Below are positions 45,295 to 53,926 of a DNA stretch of 56,167 nt, in pieces. Under the pieces are notes generated by a model. The model searched no databases. It was not told the origin of the DNA and worked only from the letters and a program-made list of their open reading frames with translations. Source of the stretch: Sedimentisphaerales bacterium. GTDB lineage: Bacteria; Planctomycetota; Phycisphaerae; Sedimentisphaerales; SM23-30. The stretch is from assembly GCA_016930295.1 (NCBI GenBank), contig JAFGHE010000269.1, positions 1 through 56,167 of the forward strand. The letters are read 5' to 3'. Position numbers and translations under genes: made by a program. Position 1 is the stretch's first letter, and every line of letters begins with the position of its first letter.

Positions 45295-45738
45295 TTATTG
45301 CTCCATCTCATTATGGACAGAAGTACTTTCGGATTCATCCTCTCCCCGGGCTTTGGCTTTATATTTGGACTCACATTTGGTGATGATCCGATCCGCCTGA
45401 AAAACGCCGTTTGTGTCCAGGCGTCCTTCCACGAGAACTTCCTTTTCCTCACCAAAATTATCGGGCACAGTGCCCTGATAACTGACCGGCAACGATACAT
45501 CCTGACCTTCCAGTTTAAAATTGAGCTGCATTTGTTCAAGATTGCGCGAAATAGTTCCTATGCCGACCACCCCTCCCACACGCGAGGAATGCGTCTGAGT
45601 TTCGCTACTCTTAGCCACGAAATCGTCCACGGAGATATCGTAGGCCCAGGAAGACTGCATGGCATTAATGACCAGATATACCAATGCTCCGCCTATCACA
45701 ATGAATCCTATAACAAACTTCACTAACGGTTTACTCAT
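45295..45738 (-). CDS. ccmE: Heme chaperone CcmE, Cys-type (CxxxY)
   Basis: N-terminal TM, RVGGVV..G, YQGTVPDNF.E..EVLVEG, ITKCESKY; RBS AGGAG. Confidence 0.92.
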   Translation of the reverse strand: MSKPLVKFVIGFIVIGGALVYLVINAMQSSWAYDISVDDFVAKSSETQTHSSRVGGVVGIGTISRNLEQMQLNFKLEGQDVSLPVSYQGTVPDNFGEEKEVLVEGRLDTNGVFQADRIITKCESKYKAKARGEDESESTSVHNEMEQ

Positions 45739-45838
45739 TATCATTTCTCCTGACTCAGTACGGTCGCCAATTCGATTTATCTGTTTAAAACGCATTAATC
45801 TCCATAAGATTCCGGGGAGTGTTCTTTGCCATGACAAT

Positions 45839-46987
45839 TCAGATAGCACCTGCCTTTAAAGAGCCCCTCATCTGGGTAATGACCCGGTGGACAGTGGCAT
45901 CGACGCGGTTGGGATTGCTACCATGACATTTAAAACACACTTCGTATTCATAAATCACCTGTTCAATAAAATTATCTTCAGCGGTGACTCCGGAGACCAT
46001 TTGTAAAACGTCCGGTGCCAGGGGCGCCTGGGCAGGTGTGTTTATCAGGGCATGGGGATTATGGCAATCGACACATTCCACATGTTCTTCCGCAGAGTTT
46101 ATATTTTCCTTCAGGTCGTGAATTCCTTCATAGTTCCGGACTTTATGTCCGCTTAATTTGTTAAGTTCCGCCGCCAGATCGGTGGCTGCCACCTGGCCGT
46201 TATGACAATTAAGGCAATTATTTTCCTCTTCCTTAAAATGAAGCAGACGCTGAGGTTCGCCGGATGAATGTGGTCGATGGCAGGCGCTACAACCGTTATC
46301 CGCCACGGTTCGAAATTCACTATTACGCAGGTAGTCATCATCGGCATTATCGATCAAGGCGGTAGAACTTTCATGGACGGTATTGGTCCAGCCCTTCAAA
46401 TTATGGCATTTCAGGCACAGATCTGAACCCTGGTTAGGGATCACCAGGAAATGACCGAAGCTATTGTTATGAGGATTATGACAGGTAACGCATTGTAATT
46501 CCCCGTATTGGTCCAGATTGATTTTGGGGGGCAGACTTTCAGGCGAAAGGATCTGGGTATCTTCGATGGAAAGATCCTCTGAATAAACAAAGCTGACGGG
46601 ATGATCATCGGACAGATCGGTCCCCAACCGTGTCCGGCCGGGCGGAATAAAGGTGCTGCCCTGGCTATTCTGCAAGGTAGTTTCCAGGGCCACAGTACCG
46701 TCATGACAGCTTAAACAGAGTTTGTTGGCGCCGGTCGGCTGGCCCACCTCGGCATCAAGGGAGGTACTCCAATAAATATGGTAAATCTTGTCGGAAAGCT
46801 TATGATTCCACAGGGGGGTACCGGCCAGGGCCTGATGGGGAGTATGGCAATATTGGCAGGCCATGCTGCCATCCTGATCCGGGGATAAATCATGGGGTGA
46901 GCCGACAATGGTCGCATCGGCAATTCCGGCCCATATTCCGAAAATCAGCATAACGATGCTAACTATATGTATCCAATTATTTTTCAT
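45839..46987 (-). CDS. Multiheme c-type cytochrome (8 CxxCH), probably C-terminally truncated
   Basis: Signal peptide; CQYCH, CLSCH, CVTCH, CLKCH, CSACH, CLNCH, CVDCH, CFKCH; GTDLSDDHPVSF; ends abruptly ...HRVITQMRGSLKAGAI. Confidence 0.88.
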   Translation of the reverse strand: MKNNWIHIVSIVMLIFGIWAGIADATIVGSPHDLSPDQDGSMACQYCHTPHQALAGTPLWNHKLSDKIYHIYWSTSLDAEVGQPTGANKLCLSCHDGTVALETTLQNSQGSTFIPPGRTRLGTDLSDDHPVSFVYSEDLSIEDTQILSPESLPPKINLDQYGELQCVTCHNPHNNSFGHFLVIPNQGSDLCLKCHNLKGWTNTVHESSTALIDNADDDYLRNSEFRTVADNGCSACHRPHSSGEPQRLLHFKEEENNCLNCHNGQVAATDLAAELNKLSGHKVRNYEGIHDLKENINSAEEHVECVDCHNPHALINTPAQAPLAPDVLQMVSGVTAEDNFIEQVIYEYEVCFKCHGSNPNRVDATVHRVITQMRGSLKAGAI

Positions 46988-47922
46988 GGTTGTTCCACCT
47001 CCAGTAGCTGGAAAACCTGGATTCTTTTATTGAACGAATCTGCTACAAATATTCTATTGTTATCATCGATAAAAATGCCGGCCGGCAGCCAGAATCGGCC
47101 CGGATCATTGCCTTCAGAGCCAAAGGCCATTAAAATCCGGTCACCCTGCCGTCCGAACCGGAACAAGAATTCTCCCTGCCGGTTGAACACCTGCACCCGG
47201 TAATTCAGGGTGTCACTGACATAGAGTTTCCCAGACTCATCAATCCATAAATGAGTTGGAAAGTTAAATTGGCCTGTGCCCATACCACGCCGGCCAATCG
47301 CGTTTATGTAGTGTCCATCCGTATCATAGACTATTACCTTATGACAGAGGATATCAGCAATATACAATTTCTGGTCGGCCCTGTCGTATGCAATTCCGGC
47401 TGGTCGTTCCAGAATATCACCTCCAAAAGAAAACTGAAATTTTCCCTTATAATCAAAGACATAAATCTCTCCTAAGCCACTGTCTGAGACATAGATATAT
47501 TTTTGCCCCGTAGCCACTCCCACGGGAGTATGCAGAGTTTTTTCCTTAGTGAGTCTGGAAATCTGGCGGTAATTTCGCGTTTTCAAATTCATCATGTGGA
47601 CTATGGAGCCGCTGCTGTCGGAAATTAATAGATTGTCATTCTGGTCCATAACCACATGATATGGTCGAACCATCACACCCATATCTTCCCGACCGAAAAA
47701 AAACTCTCCGATATCCTCTAAAAAAGAGACTTCTTTCTTCAAATCATCCTGAGTGGACAATTGGCCTATATAACGGATACGCGGGTTTTCGGGCGGTTCC
47801 GGCCAGGCCGGCGTCCAGTCCGTCTCCGGAAACAGCTCGCCCCGTTCCCGGCCGCAGCCATATACCAGCATCGCCATCGCCAGGGCCATCCACATACGTT
47901 TTATTTTAAAATATCTGTTCAT
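46984..47922 (-). CDS. NHL-repeat beta-propeller lipoprotein
   Basis: Lipobox LVYGC; WPEPPENPRIRYIG; NHL repeats RPAGIA, FNFPTHLWID...YVSDTLNYRVQVF, FWLPAGIFID...ADSFNKRIQVF. One repeat appears to be missing. Confidence 0.88.
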   Translation of the reverse strand: MNRYFKIKRMWMALAMAMLVYGCGRERGELFPETDWTPAWPEPPENPRIRYIGQLSTQDDLKKEVSFLEDIGEFFFGREDMGVMVRPYHVVMDQNDNLLISDSSGSIVHMMNLKTRNYRQISRLTKEKTLHTPVGVATGQKYIYVSDSGLGEIYVFDYKGKFQFSFGGDILERPAGIAYDRADQKLYIADILCHKVIVYDTDGHYINAIGRRGMGTGQFNFPTHLWIDESGKLYVSDTLNYRVQVFNRQGEFLFRFGRQGDRILMAFGSEGNDPGRFWLPAGIFIDDNNRIFVADSFNKRIQVFQLLEVEQP

Positions 47923-47936
47923 ATTTTTCTATCGTA

Positions 47937-49234
47937 TCAAAACTGACGGATGACATTAATATAAAAGTTATTATTCGTTGTTTTTGTATCAGTGATATTC
48001 CTGATATTATCACGGTCCAGGAGGGAATATTCCCATCCCATTTTCAAACTGAGCTGACGATAATCATATTTAAGTTCGGAATTAAACCGGAATCCCTGTG
48101 TCCGGCCGACATCGCTTCTGTCCTCATCGCGCCATTCAATCCCACCGATGAGCCTGAGATGATTTCCCATCCGTGTCTTTAATTTGCCCCGGGCGTTGAA
48201 AAGAGTGGTATCGCGGGCATTCAGGCCGCCGGTCTCTATCCAACTCTGGGAAAGTTTAGTGGACAGGGTAGTTTTAGGATCTATCTTCCAGGTATAGCCG
48301 CCGCCTAAACGGGTACTTTCCACCGGCGCCCGGGCGGAATCAGTACGGGAATAATCCGCCGTCAGGAATAAATCCCCTTTATTATAAACTGTGCCGACGG
48401 TATTTCTATCATAATCATTGGAGGCTTCGGTAATATCCAGATCGGAGTCAACTTCTTCATTGAGCCGTTGATAGTCGTAATAGATGGACAAGCCGTTATC
48501 AAATTCCTGCTCTACCCGAAAATTCTGGTGCAAACTGTCTTCCTCTCTGGAACCATCGGCCTGATATTCATAACTGACAAACACACGCTGGCCATCGATG
48601 ATATTGGGAAATTCCGTACCCAGGGTAGTCAAGTGAAGTTCCACACGATCATCAACAGGCACAACGCTATAATCATCCGATTCCGTATAGACCTGTAAGC
48701 CGGTAATATCTGTTACGAGAATGGTCGTAATATCGATATGGGATTTCTCCAGGGTAACCGGAAACGGGTCATCAAAGGTATGCTCTTCCCGGTTGATCGA
48801 ACGGGTGCCGGTCTGGCCGGAATTTATTTCCGTAATATAATTAATTGAATACAGACTGACAAGTCTGCCCCAGGGATTATTCCGGTAATAATCAAAGGTC
48901 AGCTTGCCGCTTTTACGTTTTAAGCGGTTACTGTCAATGGTATTGGAGGAGATGTTACTGGCCTGATAGATATTATTGTGTTCATAGCGAAAAATCAGGT
49001 GGGATTTGTCGGTAAAGTCATGAAAAAGCGTATAGTATATCCGTTCAGAATCCCGTTCGAAGCGGTCTTCGTTGTCGGCGACATCGGAATCCTGCTCCAG
49101 CTTGTTTTTAGACCAGGACAGGGTCATGGGCCAGTCTTCATGTCGAAGCCGGCCGGCAACACCCGTGGTAGTATTTTCCACCCGCAGAGGGCCTTGAAAA
49201 CGCCGGGGCAACAAATTTTCATTTTTACTGACAT
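47937..49234 (-). pseudogene. Outer-membrane beta-barrel protein (porin-cytochrome type), N-terminus disrupted
   Basis: Amphipathic beta strands and a terminal Phe (FYINVIRQF). The long frame (47937-49214) lacks a signal peptide; a plausible start MSVKMKI near 49234 is out of frame with it. Confidence 0.6.
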
Positions 49235-49292
49235 ATTATTATCTCTTTTGGCGAATAGTATGTCTGCCCTGCCAGGGCCATCAATCTTGATT

Positions 49293-50510
49293 TCACTTCC
49301 TGTCTCCGGCCGGGTCTTTCTGTTTAAACATGAATACAAAAGTTCCCTCACTGATGTTTTTATGAACAGGCGTGCCCAGTTCCAGGGCGAATTGTTCCTG
49401 AGTTCCGGCATCATCATCCAAAAAGACTATAATCGCCGGGTTCTTCAGAGTTTCGGAATTATTCTTCCACTGGTCTTTCAGTATAGCCTGGGCCGAGATT
49501 TGCTCCACAATAAAATGGTACTTTTCACTCAAGGAGTATTTCCGGCCCAAAACCAGTTCTTCTGTATTTAAGTTATCCTTTTGACAACTGACCAGCATGG
49601 GCTTTTGCTGCGGTGATACCATTATAAAAAACGACTGAGAATCCAGCCGGTCCCTGATGGCCATATGCCGGTAAACCATCTCCAGAGATTCTGCCTCCGG
49701 ATTCCGGCCGGGATGCATGCTGCGGGCAAAATGAGGAAATTTGGACCATAACCATCTCTCGTACGTCGTATCGCCATGCGTCACTCTCACCTTAATGGCA
49801 GGATTGACCGGCTGGTCGGACTGGTTCGATTCCTCTTTGGTCTGATTATTGATGGTAAAATGGGGAAAATACTCCAGGATCGTAATGTGGTAATCCGTGC
49901 CCTCCAGAGACAATTCCTCTTTGGCCCCGATCACAAACTCAAAGGGACCGGAACGCTGGTCCGAATTTTCGTCCTCCTGCTCGGTAATACGAACGGACAG
50001 TACGCCCACGGTTTCCTGATTTAGCTGTCTGATGTTCCTGTCATAATGGGCGGAATCTTCCAGTTTTTCAATACTAATCCGGCCAATCTGCGATGTCAGC
50101 GAACTGCGGGCCGGGGAATCTGTGGTCAGCCACATCTTCTGATGTATCCCTTCCCCCTCAATCAAAACGCCGGCAACACCACTGCCGGCCTCACTCTCCA
50201 CCAACATCGTTTCCTTGCTGAAATCAGGCAGGTATTCCTGCAGGGTGAGTTTTACTGGAGTGCCCATAACGGGCATGATGCGATTAAATGTGCAGGGCTT
50301 ATTTTCATGTTCCACCTTGATCGGGAAACGCATCGGCGCTCCCTGCATGCCGATCTGAACCAGAAGTTCCCAGGGACCATTAAGCGGCCGGCCGGTCTGA
50401 CGCCGGTCGGGCGGAAATCCCCACCCCGACGATACCGCAAAAAACATTAGAATAATCGAAATCATCCATGAATGTCTCTTAAACGCTTTATGACAGGATT
50501 TCTTTTTCAT
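49293..50510 (-). CDS. Exported protein with ResB/CcsB-periplasmic-domain-like segment
   Basis: Signal peptide; ITILEYFPHF...SDQPVNPAIKVRV...ERWLWSKFPHF resembles ResB-family periplasmic regions; no CxxCH. Confidence 0.5.
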   Translation of the reverse strand: MKKKSCHKAFKRHSWMISIILMFFAVSSGWGFPPDRRQTGRPLNGPWELLVQIGMQGAPMRFPIKVEHENKPCTFNRIMPVMGTPVKLTLQEYLPDFSKETMLVESEAGSGVAGVLIEGEGIHQKMWLTTDSPARSSLTSQIGRISIEKLEDSAHYDRNIRQLNQETVGVLSVRITEQEDENSDQRSGPFEFVIGAKEELSLEGTDYHITILEYFPHFTINNQTKEESNQSDQPVNPAIKVRVTHGDTTYERWLWSKFPHFARSMHPGRNPEAESLEMVYRHMAIRDRLDSQSFFIMVSPQQKPMLVSCQKDNLNTEELVLGRKYSLSEKYHFIVEQISAQAILKDQWKNNSETLKNPAIIVFLDDDAGTQEQFALELGTPVHKNISEGTFVFMFKQKDPAGDRK

Positions 50511-50516
50511 AATCCT

Positions 50517-51187
50517 TTACTCCATGGCAGAGATAATCTCATTAGCCCGCAACAGCATGGCTTCCGTATATTTGAGGTTATGGACTCCACAACTGCCGTC
50601 GGAGGCCACCGCATGCAGGAGTAATCTGGCTTCGGCCAGAGCCTTGGTATTTCCCTGAATGCGATTACTATCTGTTTCCGTTGACATCTGTTGCTCCAGG
50701 ACATCGATCCGGGCGGAAATTCTATCATATAATTTCCTGGTTTGACTCTGCCAGAAAGAAATATATTTCTCGCCCGTTCCCGGCTCGTGACAGCGGTCAC
50801 ACGCCTCGGGCACGGCCTTGGCCACCAACCCGAAACTGTCCAGAACACCGACCCGAAACTGTCCAGAACACCGACCCGAAACTGTCCAGAACACCGGCCT
50901 ACGATACAGTCGACAGCCTGGGCCAATCCGTTGATCTTGCCCCGGATATGACCGGCAAATCCCGGCTGTAAATGACATTCCAGACAGTTCACATCACTAT
51001 GACCGGAAATCTGCCAGCTGGCGTAATACGTATTTATGATATGGCAGGAATTACAAAACCATGTCTGTTCAGAAACGGCAATAAACCCACCCGAAGCGAA
51101 AAGAAAAAACAGTACTGTCACGAATAGTAACTTTTTGCCTTTACTCAGAGCCTTCAGTCTCAAAATGGGAGGTTTAATTATCTTCAT
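50517..51187 (-). pseudogene. NapC/NirT-type membrane-anchored multiheme cytochrome, frameshifted and probably internally deleted
   Basis: N-terminal frame: TM, FCNSCH...W..SGH..VNCLECH. C-terminal frame: ACDRCH...DGSCGVHN. The two frames meet at a 3x23-bp repeat. Confidence 0.75.
50828..50896. repeat. Perfect tandem repeat, 3 x 23 bp (ACCCGAAACTGTCCAGAACACCG)
   Basis: Identical copies at 50828-50850, 50851-50873 and 50874-50896. Confidence 0.97.
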
Positions 51188-51257
51188 ATTCAGTTAAATA
51201 TCTCATTTGAAAAACCTGCAGATACCATGTTGCTTCCCTCTCTATTGTAATCCTGCT

Positions 51258-51286
51258 ATTATATCGGGAAAAAAGAAATTAGTCAA
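51258..51286 (-). promoter_or_regulatory. Sigma70-type promoter of the cytochrome cluster
   Basis: Minus strand TTGACT-17 nt-TATAAT, about 70 nt upstream of the NapC/NirT-type start. Confidence 0.55.
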
Positions 51287-51555
51287 ATGTTAAGATCCGT
51301 TTGAATGCTGAAATTTGTCAAATTTCAACTTCACTTCAAAATTTTCAGGATATTCAGTCATTTATATCTCATATGAAAGATTTCTACGAAATTTATTCTC
51401 AATTACAGGAACAAAACTGCGTTTATTCTCAGTTATGAGGAAGTGATGCTCTTTAAATCAACACCTCGATAACTGTTATGGTATTATAGATGTCGCTATG
51501 GGGACATTGAGCATCCTCTAATAAAATGGTTCCATGCATCGTTGGCTGATTTTTA

Positions 51556-52020
51556 CTAACACAACCGTTCCAGAGGCAGAATTACCTGAAACGTTGAACC
51601 TTTATCCACTTCACTTGTAACCTTAAGATTCCCGCCATACGCAGATATGATCCTCTGTGCCACGGCCAGACTCATTCCACCCCCTCCAACACAGGATTGT
51701 TCCGAATAAAAAGGCTGGAATAGATTTTTTAGTTTCTCCGGTGGGATACCACAACAGGTGTCGGTAAAATTAAAGCAAATCTGTTGATCGCTTACCTGAC
51801 ATTCAATAGTCAGCTTCTCCGCCGTACCTGGATCGGCGACTTCGATTGCATTTTGAATCAGAATAAAAAATAGTTGTTCCTGTTCCCGCGTCTTGATAGA
51901 CATTCGGGGTATGATATCCATACCCTTGACAATCATTTTCAGGTTGGCACGTTTGGCACTCTCGGCAAAAACCGCGAGCATCGATTCGACGGTATTTCCG
52001 CTGGCTATTGACATGCCCAT
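51556..52020 (-). pseudogene. Histidine kinase HATPase domain fragment
   Basis: N box QLFFILIQNAIE, degenerate G1 DTCCGIP, F box FQPFYS, degenerate G2 GGGMSL, GSTFQVILP; no HisKA or sensor part. Confidence 0.7.
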
Positions 52021-52094
52021 GATGCCTGATACCCCGGGTTATACCTATCGGGCCTTTGAAGCGATCCGTAAAATTATGAACGACCCGGCCATGA

Positions 52095-53020
52095 AGGGGA
52101 TAGTCCATCAGCACCTGCAGGGTTTCTTCCGTATATCCCTGGCGGCTTTTACCCATTTCCGTATTATATTTTTTTATAAAATGATTTATCAGCAAGGGAA
52201 TATCCTCTTTGCCTTCTCTCAGGGGAGGCAAATGAATCCCTACCACATTTAAACGATAGAACAGGTCTTCTCGAAGCCGGCCGGCTTTCACCTCTTCAAT
52301 TGGATCCCTGTTGATGGCGGCTATTATTCTCAGATCAATATCAATGGGATCGACGGCCCCAATCGATAATATACGGCGATCCTCAATCGAACGCAGAAGT
52401 TTCACCTGGCAATTCAAAGGCATACTTCCTATTTCATCAAGGAATAACGTGCCCAGACTGGCAATCTCGAAAAGGCCCTTTTTGTCTGCTATGGCCGACG
52501 TAAAACTTCCTTTTTTGTGGCCAAACAATTCACTCTCCAGCAACTGCTCCGGTATGGCACTGCTGTTGACTCCGATGAATCGGCCATTACTGGTCGTTCC
52601 CGTGGAATGGATGGCCTGCACGACCAGTTCCTTGCCCGTACCACTTTCGCCGATAATAAGAACATTACTTTTGGTCTGCGCGACTTTCTGGATGATTTCA
52701 AAGATGGACTGCATGACACGCGACTGACCTATAATACTGCCCACCCCATATATCTCCTGGAGTTCATCCTTAAGCTGGCGGTTTTCCAGTTCCAGTTTTC
52801 GAAATTGAAGCTGCTGGTGAATCTTGGTCAGAATGTCATCGAACATGACAGGTTTAATGACATAATCGCAGGCGCCCAGCTTTATGGCCTCTACTGCCAT
52901 TTCCACCGATCCAAAGGCCGTAATCATAATAACTCGGGTCTCAGGACGCGTTTTCATGATCTCGCGCAGAACCTTTATGCCATCGGCACCGGGCATCTGA
53001 ATATCCAACAGGACTATTTT
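52095..53020 (-). pseudogene. Sigma54-dependent (NtrC/AtoC-type) response regulator truncated at both ends
   Basis: Receiver starts mid-domain at IVLLDIQMPG; AAA+ GESGTGKE, ESELFGH, GSFTSA (GAFTGA position), LFLDEIG, REDLFYRLNV; breaks at MDYP before WPGNVREL and the Fis HTH. Confidence 0.82.
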
Positions 53021-53157
53021 AAGTATCATTATTTGTATTATCTATATGTCCGGCCTGATTACGAGGCCCATTATATTACTCAAGCAAAAGATTCTGGATC
53101 TGGCGCGGGGGAATCTGAATTTTCAGATTATCCAGACGACGAGCCAGGATGAGATCT
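53013..53157 (+). pseudogene. TM + HAMP domain fragment of a sensor protein
   Basis: Plus frame reads TILSIIICIIYMSGLITRPIILLKQKILDLARGNLNFQIIQTTSQDEI: TM helix followed by a HAMP pattern; no credible start or continuation. Confidence 0.6.
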
Positions 53158-53307
53158 TCTTAATGCCCTGTGTGAATCCCTCCGGTAATTCACCCAGGCC
53201 GCCCTGGCAGACGATGACCGTACGATCATTATAATCAAGCGTGTTTAATAGTTTTACTGTAAATACGCAGGCTCCAGGAGTGGCGTAGAAAATTACGGTT
53301 GGCAGAA

Positions 53308-53817
53308 TTATTTGACGATGAGTGAGATAACCTGCCGGTCGCGGAACTGGTTTCCTATGACGTGTAGGCGCATCTGGTATGAGCCGGCCGGGAGTGCCTC
53401 TATTTTGCGATATTCACTTTGGTCGGCATATTCGAAGCTTTGCATCTGTACGTTCTGAGAGGGTCGGGTGGGGATGTCGGTCGGCCGGTAAACGATCATT
53501 TCATCGATCTTGCCTTCTTTTACCGGACAAATGGTTATGTTTACCGATTTTAACGGGAGTTGGAAAGCTGCCTGATCTACTTCAAAAAGCAAGGTAGGAT
53601 TGCCACCCAGAGGGTCTACAGTCCAGGCGGGCGGATCGGAATCCGGTACAGGGCGGGTCTGTTGGCCGTCCAGGTAAACAGTAAGGGAATGGCCCAACAA
53701 TTGTCTGGGTGTCAGTTCAGACAGATTGGGACGCAAACGTTTTTTTTGCGATCCCAGGCATCCCGTGATTGAGACTAACACGACAATACCTATACAAATT
53801 TTAAGAGTTTTTATCAT
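53308..53817 (-). CDS. Hypothetical lipoprotein
   Basis: MIKTLKICIGIVVLVSITGC lipobox-type signal; 169 aa beta-rich protein. Confidence 0.6.
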   Translation of the reverse strand: MIKTLKICIGIVVLVSITGCLGSQKKRLRPNLSELTPRQLLGHSLTVYLDGQQTRPVPDSDPPAWTVDPLGGNPTLLFEVDQAAFQLPLKSVNITICPVKEGKIDEMIVYRPTDIPTRPSQNVQMQSFEYADQSEYRKIEALPAGSYQMRLHVIGNQFRDRQVISLIVK

Positions 53818-53926
53818 GCCTAATTTTCCGCGAAAGATTATTTGTCTAATCATATCGGATTTCTCTGACGCTGGCAAGATAAAAAAACTTGCAAAGTTTG
53901 CCTAAGGTGCTAATACTATTATAGAT

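Noticed and set aside
50828-50896. 23-bp repeats as a mini-CRISPR array or IS3-like end
   Set aside because: Copies are contiguous with no spacers, no cas or transposase gene is present, and the unit translates as plausible cytochrome sequence.
39457-51540. 13-nt match GGTTCCATGCATC at about 39457 and 51528, read as a possible sigma54 promoter
   Set aside because: A 13-mer match is expected by chance in 56 kb, and the -12 GC is absent.
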